Assembly: GCA_009937205.1 (NCBI GenBank)
Contig: JAACCR010000042.1
Coordinates: forward strand, 1-55,444
Direction: 5' to 3'
Source: Methanobacteriota archaeon
GTDB taxonomy: Archaea; Thermoplasmatota; Poseidoniia; Poseidoniales; Poseidoniaceae
DNA length: 55,444 nucleotides
Shown one piece after another: positions 28,085-36,763 of the stretch. A program made the position numbers and the translations under genes. The notes under the pieces are model-generated. The model had not been told where the DNA came from. It searched no databases and saw only the letters and a list, made by a program, of their open reading frames with translations. Position 1 is the stretch's first letter, and every line of letters begins with the position of its first letter.

Positions 28085-29297
28085 TGGTAGCGCTATGCGA
28101 ATAAAACAAATCGCAAAAAAGGAGGTTGTAGAGTTTTCTAGAGATTGGAGGACGATTATTGCAATTATTGTTATTCCATTACTGATGTTCCCTTTACTAT
28201 TCATTCTATTTCCTGTATTATTGCAATCTGAAGCTGCAGAACTAAAGTCATTGGAATTGGATTTAACGATTCAAACCGATGATATGCCAGATAATTTAAG
28301 CATGATAATTAATCAATCATCGATAGTAATCAGCTATGAAGAGTTACCTGTTTTAGATGATTTAAGTCAACCTGGTAATGATATAGAGCGTTTGAGAAAT
28401 GGCTCAATAGATGCCATATTGAGGATTACTCAAAGAGAGGATATCTGGTATTATTCCATCCTTCATATGTCAACATCTGAACATTCAAGAGAGGCAAAGT
28501 CAAGATTATTATATGATTTGAATGAATGGGAAGACAATGAAACTGCTTCAAGAATTGAATCTGGCGGCCTAGACGTCAATTCAACACTGGACCCTCTTCG
28601 GTGGGATGGTGAATTCACTCAAGCAGATGCTGCAACTGCCGGAGAGCAGGCTGGAATGGCGTTATCAATGTTCATCCCACTAGTATTGGCCGTCTGGACC
28701 TTCTCCTCGGCAATTCAGCCATCAATTGATATGACTGCGGGTGAGAGGGAAAGAGGTACACTAGAAGCACTTCTAAGCCTGCCCTGTACACGCCTTGAAT
28801 TATTATTCGGTAAGTGGTTGGCGGTAGCCACTATTACGGGAGTTGGAGTATTACTACAGATATGTGGATTATTATTTGCGATAGGCTATCTAGCGAGTTC
28901 CAGTATAATTGGTGTCCCTGAACTATCGCTGGTAACAATTCTACTGATAATTGGCGCAATTATGTTATTTGCAATCATGGTTGTTGCGATTGAATTAGCC
29001 CTTGCTATGAGATCACATAGTGTAAAGGAAGCTGGAAGCATCCTTGGACCGGCAATTATGCTGATTATTTTCCCTGCACTATTCACTCAAGTTATCAATT
29101 TAGATGGAATTGAATCTTTTTGGTTCGCCATACCAGTGGTAAATGTTCTACTCGCGCTTAGAGAATTATTGATGAATAGAATCATTACAACTCACATCAT
29201 TATTTGGGTTGGAACTTCAATATTTTATGCATTAATGGCTGCAAAATATGCAGCTAGTCAGTTCAAGAGGGAAGATATTGTTACTTCACTTAGTTGA
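28077..29297 (+). CDS. ABC-2 type permease (NatB-like) with large external loop
   Basis: The ATG at 28077 overlaps the ATPase stop by 8 nt. One N-terminal TM, a roughly 170-aa loop, then five TM helices. Confidence 0.75.
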   Translation: MVDGSAMRIKQIAKKEVVEFSRDWRTIIAIIVIPLLMFPLLFILFPVLLQSEAAELKSLELDLTIQTDDMPDNLSMIINQSSIVISYEELPVLDDLSQPGNDIERLRNGSIDAILRITQREDIWYYSILHMSTSEHSREAKSRLLYDLNEWEDNETASRIESGGLDVNSTLDPLRWDGEFTQADAATAGEQAGMALSMFIPLVLAVWTFSSAIQPSIDMTAGERERGTLEALLSLPCTRLELLFGKWLAVATITGVGVLLQICGLLFAIGYLASSSIIGVPELSLVTILLIIGAIMLFAIMVVAIELALAMRSHSVKEAGSILGPAIMLIIFPALFTQVINLDGIESFWFAIPVVNVLLALRELLMNRIITTHIIIWVGTSIFYALMAAKYAASQFKREDIVTSLS

Positions 29298-30857
29298 TTA
29301 AGAAGTAAAGTGGATTATTGATGCTCTAACTATTTTAATAATCAAATCTATTTCTTCAGAAGTAATAGCAAAGTGTGGTGTAAAACGTAATGCGTTTTTC
29401 CCTCCATGAATTACACCTAGACCTATTCTACGACACCAAGGTTCAACAGCATCAAATCCAACCACTGGCAAAATATCAGGCCTTAATTCAGCACTACACA
29501 ATAATCCTGTACCTTGTACAAGTGTGATATACTCAGGGAATTCTTCGGCTAGTATCTTCAATTTATTAACAAACTCTACACCCTTATCACGAATGTTTTG
29601 TCTTAATTCAGGAGTAATTCTATCGAGAACTGCGATTGCAGTTTCAAGTGCTCGCGGATTAGTGGTCATCGTATTGCCATAAATTCCTGAAACATACAAT
29701 GCCGATGCTCTTTCATTCATTCCGAGTACTGAGAGCGGATATTGCCCTGCATTCATTGCTTTTGACCATGTCTCTAGATCGGGTGCGAGGCAATCTTGGA
29801 AACCCTGATAATCTACAATTGAAAGACAACCTTGCCCCCTCAATCCTGCTTGTATTGAATCGACTAGTAACATTGAGCCATGTTCTAAGGTCAACCTTCT
29901 AGCTTCATCATAAAATGCCCGCTCAACACATTGCCCAGGATTTCCTTCACCTTGTACAGGTTCAATAGCCATTAGTTCAATGAATTCACCTTTTGCTTCT
30001 GCAGTAGCAAAAACATCTCTTAACGCCTCGATATCATTTGGTGGAACTAGATACAAATTATCTCTATCTCTAAAGGATGCTAGGTTTTTATCATAGTTTC
30101 TCATGCAAGAATGCGAAAGTTGTGCTGGGCGACCTGTTCTTCCATGGAACGCTTGCTCAACTGCCACTAATTTGATTGCTTTACCTTCATATCTCCCACC
30201 AGGTCCAGTCATATTGTTGGCATTAACATCAGAAATTCGTAATGAAACTGTTACTGATTCCGAACCACTATTCATACAAATAAATCTATCAAAAGGACAA
30301 CTTCCTCTACTATGGCCTAATTCTTTGATTAGTCGATCTGTTAATCTCTGTTGAGAAAAAGAAGGAGTCATCACATTGGCCATTACCCAATTCTGGGACA
30401 TCGCATCAATTATTTCATCTGGACCATGCCCGCCACCGAGCATTCCATATCCACCATTGTCATGCAATACTGCGCCATGAGCAGATATCACCCATGGACC
30501 TCTGGCAGCAATAGGAATGTATGGATTGACGGTTGCGGGATTGTAAAAGTTGACATATCCGCTTTGCAGTTTTGTAACCAATTCCGACTCAGGTGACATT
30601 AGAAGTTCTGATTCAAACTCTTCTCTAAGACCCAAATGATATTTATGGCCCTCTTTGATTGCACGCGAAAGATTACTATCGAGCGCAATGAATTTGATAA
30701 TTTCATCATCACTCAAACCTGTAGTTTCGCAGATACCGGAATTGGCTCGAATATCAAAAAGTAATTCCATCAACTGGGCTGCGTCAGTACTCATCAAACA
30801 GTGCAATATACGGGGGGATTTGAACATTCGTAGCAGGGCCTTTCCTAAATAATGCAA
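29298..30857 (-). CDS. class-III PLP-dependent aminotransferase with ~100-aa N-terminal extension
   Basis: NSGSESV, FHGRTG, LLVDSIQAGLRGQG and WSKAMNAG (PLP lysine) blocks. The start is uncertain (30857 or ATG at 30794). Confidence 0.8.
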   Translation of the reverse strand: MHYLGKALLRMFKSPRILHCLMSTDAAQLMELLFDIRANSGICETTGLSDDEIIKFIALDSNLSRAIKEGHKYHLGLREEFESELLMSPESELVTKLQSGYVNFYNPATVNPYIPIAARGPWVISAHGAVLHDNGGYGMLGGGHGPDEIIDAMSQNWVMANVMTPSFSQQRLTDRLIKELGHSRGSCPFDRFICMNSGSESVTVSLRISDVNANNMTGPGGRYEGKAIKLVAVEQAFHGRTGRPAQLSHSCMRNYDKNLASFRDRDNLYLVPPNDIEALRDVFATAEAKGEFIELMAIEPVQGEGNPGQCVERAFYDEARRLTLEHGSMLLVDSIQAGLRGQGCLSIVDYQGFQDCLAPDLETWSKAMNAGQYPLSVLGMNERASALYVSGIYGNTMTTNPRALETAIAVLDRITPELRQNIRDKGVEFVNKLKILAEEFPEYITLVQGTGLLCSAELRPDILPVVGFDAVEPWCRRIGLGVIHGGKNALRFTPHFAITSEEIDLIIKIVRASIIHFTS

Positions 30858-30873
30858 ACCAACTTACCATTTT

Positions 30874-30885
30874 GCATAATTATGC
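30874..30885. promoter_or_regulatory. perfect 12-bp palindrome in divergent intergenic region
   Basis: gcataattatgc, lying between the aminotransferase start and the RHH gene. Confidence 0.4.
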
Positions 30886-30920
30886 GCCTGCATAGAGGTG
30901 ATATATATTTCAATAATACC

Positions 30921-30952
30921 ATAGTATTACTATAGTAATAGCCCAGTAATAC
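30921..30952. promoter_or_regulatory. putative operator: three AGTA[A/T]TA repeats phased 11 bp apart
   Basis: agtattac at 30923, agtaatag at 30934 and agtaatac at 30945. The first lies within the palindrome atagtaTtactat (30921-30933). The repeats are 30-60 bp upstream of the RHH start and downstream of an AT-rich TATA-like tract (30901-30918). Confidence 0.45.
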
Positions 30953-30980
30953 TTATATCGGATTGACAAGAGCCTAGGCC

Positions 30981-31157
30981 ATGCCTAAGATCTCATTGGA
31001 CATGCCAAGCCAATTAACTGAAGATTTACGTAAACATGTCGGAGATGACAAAAAATTTGTTAGCCTAGCAGATGCTGTTAGAACGGCTTGTCGTAAATTA
31101 TTAGATCAACTTGATGAGATTGATTCTAGGCATGGAAGAGGAACACAGAAGGAGTGA
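30981..31157 (+). CDS. 58-aa ribbon-helix-helix (CopG/Arc-like) DNA-binding protein
   Basis: Not in the supplied track. Hand translation: MPKISLDMPSQLTEDLRKHVGDDKKFVSLADAVRTACRKLLDQLDEIDSRHGRGTQKE*. It shows a beta-strand plus two helices. Its stop lies inside the GGAG-rich ribosome-binding region of folE. Confidence 0.6.
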   Translation: MPKISLDMPSQLTEDLRKHVGDDKKFVSLADAVRTACRKLLDQLDEIDSRHGRGTQKE

Positions 31158-31162
31158 ATAAT

Positions 31163-31735
31163 ATGGTGTCAAAAAACGAAGCAGAATTGGCTGTAAGAAC
31201 TCTATTAGAGTATTTGGAAGGAAACTTATCAGAACGAGAGGGGTTACTAAAAACTCCAAAGAGAGTTATTGATTCGTGGGATGAAGTATTCGCTGGATAT
31301 TCACAAAATGCAGAAGATATTCTTGAGGCTACTTTCAATGGAGAAGGATATGATGGAATAGTATTGTTGCGCGATATTGAATTCCATTCCACTTGCGAGC
31401 ATCACTTACAGCCATTCAAGGGAAGAGCACATGTTGCTTACATTCCTACTGATCGGATTGTGGGTATCTCAAAATTAGCACGTATTGTTGAATTACATGG
31501 CAGAAGATTGCAGAATCAGGAACGCATTACAAAGGGCGTAGCAGATGATTTGGAAGCGCATCTTTCTCCATTAGGCTGTGCTGTCATAATCGAGGCTGCT
31601 CATGGCTGTATGCAATGCCGCGGTGTTGCAAAGCAAAATGCTATCATGACTACATCAGCTATGCGTGGTGTATTCTTTGAGAGGTCAGAGGCTAGAGCGG
31701 AATTAATGCAGTTGATTCACACCCGTCCTCTTTGA
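31163..31735 (+). CDS. folE: GTP cyclohydrolase I (FolE type 1)
   Basis: HSTCEHHLQPF zinc motif and the GISKLARIVE block. ATG at 31163 is preceded by gaaggagtga. Confidence 0.9.
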   Translation: MVSKNEAELAVRTLLEYLEGNLSEREGLLKTPKRVIDSWDEVFAGYSQNAEDILEATFNGEGYDGIVLLRDIEFHSTCEHHLQPFKGRAHVAYIPTDRIVGISKLARIVELHGRRLQNQERITKGVADDLEAHLSPLGCAVIIEAAHGCMQCRGVAKQNAIMTTSAMRGVFFERSEARAELMQLIHTRPL

Positions 31736-31756
31736 AACGATCTGGAGTCGAATAGC

Positions 31757-32422
31757 ATGAAGGAAGAATTTGAGAATTGTGGCATCGCAGGTAATACTGC
31801 TGTTGACAGTCCTACTGACCTTGCGATGGAATACAAAATAGTAGAAATATTTCACTCAATTCAAGGGGAAGGGGCAAAATGTGGAATTCCACATGTTTTT
31901 ATTCGTTTTGGCAAATGTAATTTACAATGCGAATGGTGTGATACGGATTTTGAAACATTCACAACAATGACTGCAATTGACATCTTGGGAGAGGTTCTCA
32001 AATTTGATTGCAGGAAAATTATTTTCACTGGTGGCGAACCGATGCTTAACGATTTATGGCCACTACACCGATTACTCAAAGCGCGTGGGTATGAATTGTC
32101 TTGTGAGAGTAACGGCACGATAGATATCCCTGAAGGGTTATTGGATTGGATAACCATCTCCCCAAAAGATCAGGAATATCCTAATGTTTCTATTAGACAA
32201 CGAACGGGAAATGAATTAAAATGTGTATACGTGGGTCAAGATTTGTCTTTATATGATGATTTAAAACATGGTTTTGAGCATTTATTTTTACAACCATGTT
32301 ATATTCATTCACAAGATGTAGAATGGAATGGGAAGAATTTTGCTCTAACTGAAAAAGTTGTAAAGGATAATTCTCCCTGGAGATTAAGTCTTCAAACTCA
32401 CAAATGGATGGGTATTGATTGA
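31757..32422 (+). CDS. queE: 7-carboxy-7-deazaguanine synthase (radical SAM)
   Basis: IFHSIQGEG and the CNLQCEWCDT cluster motif. Confidence 0.9.
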   Translation: MKEEFENCGIAGNTAVDSPTDLAMEYKIVEIFHSIQGEGAKCGIPHVFIRFGKCNLQCEWCDTDFETFTTMTAIDILGEVLKFDCRKIIFTGGEPMLNDLWPLHRLLKARGYELSCESNGTIDIPEGLLDWITISPKDQEYPNVSIRQRTGNELKCVYVGQDLSLYDDLKHGFEHLFLQPCYIHSQDVEWNGKNFALTEKVVKDNSPWRLSLQTHKWMGID

Positions 32423-32434
32423 GGTGATTCAAAA

Positions 32435-33577
32435 ATGAGAGCAGTAATGGCATTCAGTGGAGGAATGGATTCAACTAGTTTGTTGATGAGATTACTAGCC
32501 GATGGTTACACAGTAGATTGCTTATCATATGAATATGGGCAAAAGCATTCCCTCGAATTGGAAAGAGCCAAACAAAACATTGCTTATCTTGCTGAAAATG
32601 GCTTCCATGTAACCCATCAAATCGTAGACTTGAGCAGCGCAATGAACTTATTTCACTCTAGCCTAATCGTCGGTGGTGCAGATGTTCCTAAGGGGCATTA
32701 CGAGGAAGATGCGATGAAGTCAACTGTTGTACCCAATAGAAATGCTATATTTGCATCGATTCTATATGGATATGCTCTCTCAATTGCGCTAAAGGATGGT
32801 TGTGCTGTAGAACTCGCTTTGGGAGTCCATAGTGGTGACCATGAGATCTATCCTGATTGTAGGCCTGAGTTTTACCAAGCGCTTGGACATGCATTTGCAG
32901 TTGGAAACTGGGATAGTGACAAAGTTTCATTCAAATTACCTTACTTAGATGGTGATAAGGAATCAATACTAAGAGATGCTGAAATAGCAATAACAAAACT
33001 TGGATTAGATTTTACAACAATTTATGCTAATACTAATACTTCCTATGATCCTGATGAGTTCGGTCGTGCAAGCGGTACTAGTGGTGCTGATATTGAGCGA
33101 ATATTAGCTTTCCATGCAGTTGGTAAGAAAGATCCTGTGGAATATGTTGAATCTTGGGATAATGTTCTTCAAAATGCACTTCAAATCGAGTATAAACATA
33201 AGGATGAGGAGTACAAACAACGACTAACTGAATTACAATATTATGTGACCAGAAAAAGTGGTACTGAAGCGGCCTTTAGTGGAATTTATTGGAATGAAAA
33301 AGGTGATGGTCAATACGCATGTTTATGCTGTGGCCATATTCTGTTTAATTCTGAAATGAAGTATGATTCTGGATGTGGTTGGCCATCATTCCACAGTGAA
33401 TTAGAAGATGCTTCAATTAGTAGATTAGAGGATAACTCGCATGGAACCTCACGAACTGAGGTTAGGTGTAGTAAATGTGATGCACACCTTGGCCATGTTT
33501 TCAATGATGGGCCAGCTCAATTTGGTGGCGATAGATATTGTATAAATTCAGCATCTATTGATTTTGAGGAGGGATGA
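32435..33577 (+). CDS. queC: QueC (7-cyano-7-deazaguanine synthase-like) fused to MsrB
   Basis: The N-terminal PP-loop SGGMDS and YPDCRPEF blocks match QueC. From about nt 33212 onward the sequence matches MsrB/SelR: CLCC..., GCGWPSF, CSKC..HLGHVF, RYCINS. Confidence 0.85.
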   Translation: MRAVMAFSGGMDSTSLLMRLLADGYTVDCLSYEYGQKHSLELERAKQNIAYLAENGFHVTHQIVDLSSAMNLFHSSLIVGGADVPKGHYEEDAMKSTVVPNRNAIFASILYGYALSIALKDGCAVELALGVHSGDHEIYPDCRPEFYQALGHAFAVGNWDSDKVSFKLPYLDGDKESILRDAEIAITKLGLDFTTIYANTNTSYDPDEFGRASGTSGADIERILAFHAVGKKDPVEYVESWDNVLQNALQIEYKHKDEEYKQRLTELQYYVTRKSGTEAAFSGIYWNEKGDGQYACLCCGHILFNSEMKYDSGCGWPSFHSELEDASISRLEDNSHGTSRTEVRCSKCDAHLGHVFNDGPAQFGGDRYCINSASIDFEEG

Positions 33578-34029
33578 TAATGACCACTATAATTAAAAGA
33601 TATATTGAAACTGATACCGGCCATAGGGTTCCTAATCACAAAAGCAAGTGTAGACATATGCACGGACACCGCTATCGTTTTGAAGCAGAAATTGAAGGCG
33701 ATATAGTTACTGAAAGTGGGGTTTCTGAAGAAGGAATGCTAATTGATTTTTCAGATGTCTCTGCTATACTCACAGAATATGTTCATGATGTAATAGATCA
33801 TGCATTCGTAGTATATTCTGGAGATGAGAAGGGTATTGCTGCTTGCGCGTTAATGGGAGAGGAACATAGAACCGTCATCGTCCCATTCATTCCTACTGCA
33901 GAAAATCTAGCAAAGTGGGCCTTTGAACAAGTCGAACCCCATATTACTACGTCATATGGTAATCGACTAAGACTGATAGCAATGCACTGCCGTGAAACAC
34001 CTAAGAGTGTTGCAAGTTGGAAAATTTAA
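33574..34029 (+). CDS. queD: 6-carboxy-5,6,7,8-tetrahydropterin synthase
   Basis: DTGHRVPNHKSKCRHMHGHRYRFE motif. ATGA overlap with the queC-msrB stop (alternative ATG at 33580). Confidence 0.9.
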   Translation: MIMTTIIKRYIETDTGHRVPNHKSKCRHMHGHRYRFEAEIEGDIVTESGVSEEGMLIDFSDVSAILTEYVHDVIDHAFVVYSGDEKGIAACALMGEEHRTVIVPFIPTAENLAKWAFEQVEPHITTSYGNRLRLIAMHCRETPKSVASWKI

Positions 34030-34854
34030 TCAATCAATACGTCGACGTCTTTTTCTTTGCCAATTCTCATCACCTTTTAGATGTTGAATTGCAGTAGTTG
34101 CTTCGATTAATCCCCCAAGGATTCTCGTAGCTTCATCGTTGGTTAGCATGCTTCTCATCAATGAACGCTGTAATGTATGCTGGAAACTAATGGAGTGTTC
34201 CTCTACGCCTGAAAGCGATTCTGCCATTTCTGCTATCGCTTGATTTAATTTCTCTCTTATTTGAGGATTAATATTTCTTTGTAGGGGGACTAAACTAGGT
34301 ATTGCTGGGTCTCCTCCTTGGTTTTCAATTACGCGGCTTCTGTGTAATTCGTAAAGTACGCTATTTACTGCATGACTTAAGTTGGCGATGGGGTATCCTT
34401 CCCAAGTCGGTAATGTTAGTAAGAAATCACAATATTCTAGGTCTTCAGTAGACAAACCCTTACCCTCTTCTCCGAAAATAATTGCTACTTTTTCTGTAAA
34501 TGATGATACCTTTTCTGCGACTTCCCAAGGAAATAGAAAATGACGGAAGAATGTCTTCTTACCCTTTTCTCTTTTTCCTGAAGTTCCAATTACCAAGGAA
34601 ATATCTTTGGTAGCATCGATTAGAGAATCGTATGTTTGACAGTTTTCTAAAATTGAACCTGCATGCTTTGCTCTTTTTCTAGCCTCTACATCATCTGGGG
34701 CGCAGAGTGGATTAACTAATCTAAGGTTACAAAATCCATGATTTAACATGGTTCTACAAACAGCACCTAAGTTTCCTGGGTGTGTTGCTCCAACTAATAT
34801 TACTTCGAGTTGGTATTTACTTTCGGGCAATGGTAAATCTATTCTATCGCCCAT
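34030..34854 (-). CDS. SpoU/TrmH-class RNA 2'-O-methyltransferase (TrmJ-like)
   Basis: VGATHPGNLGAVCRTMLNHGF N-terminal block, FGEEGKGLS, and the NLSHAVNSVLYEL knot motif. Basic C-terminal tail. Confidence 0.8.
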   Translation of the reverse strand: MGDRIDLPLPESKYQLEVILVGATHPGNLGAVCRTMLNHGFCNLRLVNPLCAPDDVEARKRAKHAGSILENCQTYDSLIDATKDISLVIGTSGKREKGKKTFFRHFLFPWEVAEKVSSFTEKVAIIFGEEGKGLSTEDLEYCDFLLTLPTWEGYPIANLSHAVNSVLYELHRSRVIENQGGDPAIPSLVPLQRNINPQIREKLNQAIAEMAESLSGVEEHSISFQHTLQRSLMRSMLTNDEATRILGGLIEATTAIQHLKGDENWQRKRRRRID

Positions 34855-34856
34855 AA

Positions 34857-35135
34857 TTATTCGCCTTCCTGATAAGAATCATTCCATGCTGCAATCCATC
34901 TAGGATCACATTCCTGATAAAGGAAAAAAAGAAAACCGCCTTCTTCTCTATCAGCCATTACGATTGAACGTTTACGAATTCCATGAGTATTTCTAAGAAA
35001 CAGAATTAACGACTCTAAAGGCTCACTACGTGGATGGTGAACGCTCACTGGTGTGCGTTGCCAATGAACGCGCACTGACACTGCTAACACCTCAATCTGT
35101 GCGGCGTAGTCTGTAACGAGTAACGTATCCTGCAA
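34857..35135 (-). CDS. hypothetical small protein downstream of S17e
   Basis: An open frame with no motif. The annotated ATG overlaps S17e by 44 nt, and a GTG at 35090 behind a GAGGTG-like sequence is an alternative start. Confidence 0.3.
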   Translation of the reverse strand: MQDTLLVTDYAAQIEVLAVSVRVHWQRTPVSVHHPRSEPLESLILFLRNTHGIRKRSIVMADREEGGFLFFLYQECDPRWIAAWNDSYQEGE

Positions 35136-35283
35136 TCCAGTTTCTTAGCTTCTTGGATTCTACATCGGTTAATTTAGAAACCATCAACTTGTTATGGTCA
35201 AAGTCAGCAGTGAATTTCTCACCGTGTTCTTCGACTAAACGGATGGCTCTGATTTTGATGAAACTTGGTCTAATATTTCCCAT
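35092..35283 (-). CDS. rps17e: 30S ribosomal protein S17e
   Basis: MGNIRPSFIKIRAIRLVEEHGEKFTADFDHNK...KKLRNWIAGYVTR matches the S17e N-terminal pattern. ATG at 35283. Confidence 0.85.
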   Translation of the reverse strand: MGNIRPSFIKIRAIRLVEEHGEKFTADFDHNKLMVSKLTDVESKKLRNWIAGYVTRYRLRRTD

Positions 35284-35288
35284 ATTAT

Positions 35289-35564
35289 TCACTCCTCAAA
35301 TAATTTTACTTCGATTGGAATTTCTGGTTCGTCGTGGCGAGTAATTTGTAATTTAATCTTACGTGGAGGGTTTTCAATTCCACGAGACCAAATGTATTCG
35401 TTTACTGCTGGGTCGATCCAGACTACTTCTTCTTCGGTTACCTTCAAGTGTTGAATTACTTGATTCTTGATAATTTGCATTGCACGAGGTGCACGCTTGT
35501 ATCTTGTAATATTCCATGCATGACGCAATGGAACGATTAATTCTGATTGATTTGCTCTAGCCAT
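35289..35564 (-). CDS. rpl31e: 50S ribosomal protein L31e
   Basis: RAPRAMQIIKNQV...IDPAVNEYIWSRGIENPPRKIKL pattern. ATG at 35564. Confidence 0.9.
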   Translation of the reverse strand: MARANQSELIVPLRHAWNITRYKRAPRAMQIIKNQVIQHLKVTEEEVVWIDPAVNEYIWSRGIENPPRKIKLQITRHDEPEIPIEVKLFEE

Positions 35565-35574
35565 AAATAACACC

Positions 35575-35730
35575 TCAGCGCTGTAACTTACTGCGTCTCC
35601 AGTGGTGTCTCTGTGGATGAGATACCGTATTTCGGTCGGTCTTCAACATGATCCATACAGGGACACGTCTATTCTGTTTTCCTGCTTTGAGCAGGCGTAT
35701 TTTTTTTGCGGCTGGTTTATTTCTTGACAT
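35575..35730 (-). CDS. rpl39e: 50S ribosomal protein L39e
   Basis: The 51-aa product [31 protein letters not shown]...RRSKLQR is very basic. ATG at 35730. Confidence 0.9.
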   Translation of the reverse strand: MSRNKPAAKKIRLLKAGKQNRRVPVWIMLKTDRNTVSHPQRHHWRRSKLQR

Positions 35731-35743
35731 TTCGAGCACCTTC

Positions 35744-36115
35744 TCAGATTCTTCGGATGGACGCACTATGGCGGCTCTTGGATTGTGATAGGAGCAATTG
35801 CTTGAATTGCTCATCGTTTAATGTACCTTGGATGCGACCTTCGTCATTCATCTTAATCAATGCAGCTCTAATGCTATCTGCACGTTGTGGAGTAGCCATT
35901 GCAATGGTTGCTAATCTTGACCTTGCTTCCGGTGATAGGATTGTTTTGATGACCGTATTGATGTTTTGCTCTTCTACTTGTGCATGGTGAGCCTTAATCT
36001 CAGCATCTGCTTGAGCAGTTGCTTGCTGTTGAAGTTGATTTTGCAACTCTAAACGGCGTTGTTCGCGTAATAGCGACAACTCATTATCTTGAGTTGCTAC
36101 CATAATACTCACCAC
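35744..36115 (-). CDS. PDCD5/TFAR19-like DNA-binding protein
   Basis: [37 protein letters not shown] block. It sits in the conserved position between S19e and L39e. Confidence 0.8.
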   Translation of the reverse strand: MVSIMVATQDNELSLLREQRRLELQNQLQQQATAQADAEIKAHHAQVEEQNINTVIKTILSPEARSRLATIAMATPQRADSIRAALIKMNDEGRIQGTLNDEQFKQLLLSQSKSRHSASIRRI

Positions 36116-36125
36116 TTCACTTCCT

Positions 36126-36617
36126 TCAATACTTATCTAAACCAGGGAATTGCTCATTTGCAGCATCTCTGCACTCATGGGCAATTTCGTTTAGCATCTT
36201 TTGGCCAGCACTGGTAACACGGCGGCCTGCATAGAGTTGGACATCTCCTTCTTCTGTTTCAACAGTCTTTGTTGGAACCTTCTCAACCAATCCTGCTGCT
36301 TCGAGTTGTTGAAGAGATGTACGAATAATATGACGTCCTGCTACTCCAGGTGTGTTAGGCATTGCTCCATTGTCTTTGCTTCCACCATACGCTTGTGAAA
36401 GATGTGTTACGCCTATTGGACCTTCTCTTGCAACTTTTCTTAGAAGTGCAGCGGATCTTAGGAACCACCAGTTCTCTTGGGAAGGAGGGCGCTCACGGGA
36501 TACTGCAGTCTGGACGAATCCAGCCCATTCAGGGGTGTCGATTCCATCGGTTGCAGCAATTCTCTCAGCAAGAGCTGGGATGAGTAGTTCAGAAGGGATA
36601 TCATAGAACGTGGTCAT
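36126..36617 (-). CDS. rps19e: 30S ribosomal protein S19e
   Basis: ATG at 36617 (MTTFYDIP...). PEWAGFVQTAVSRERPP...WWFLRSAALLRKV and GRRVTSAGQKMLNEIA blocks. Confidence 0.9.
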   Translation of the reverse strand: MTTFYDIPSELLIPALAERIAATDGIDTPEWAGFVQTAVSRERPPSQENWWFLRSAALLRKVAREGPIGVTHLSQAYGGSKDNGAMPNTPGVAGRHIIRTSLQQLEAAGLVEKVPTKTVETEEGDVQLYAGRRVTSAGQKMLNEIAHECRDAANEQFPGLDKY

Positions 36618-36763
36618 GACAGGACACCAAGCAATTTGCCGACTTATCACCCCTATATCAATGAAACGGGTGAGGGCGGGGCACTGATTGGCCATCAGTC
36701 TCTAAATCAATATGAATTTTACAACTGTGCAAGTGTTGATGAAGTGGGTACTTTTCGCCTTGC

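Noticed and set aside
30981-34029. The RHH-folE-queE-queC-queD cluster, considered as a Dpd-like 7-deazaguanine DNA-modification or defence island, or as a QatC-type system.
   Set aside because: No DpdA/TGT-like, helicase, ATPase or nuclease partner is present in the window. The flanks are housekeeping genes. Archaeosine (tRNA) precursor synthesis is the simpler reading.
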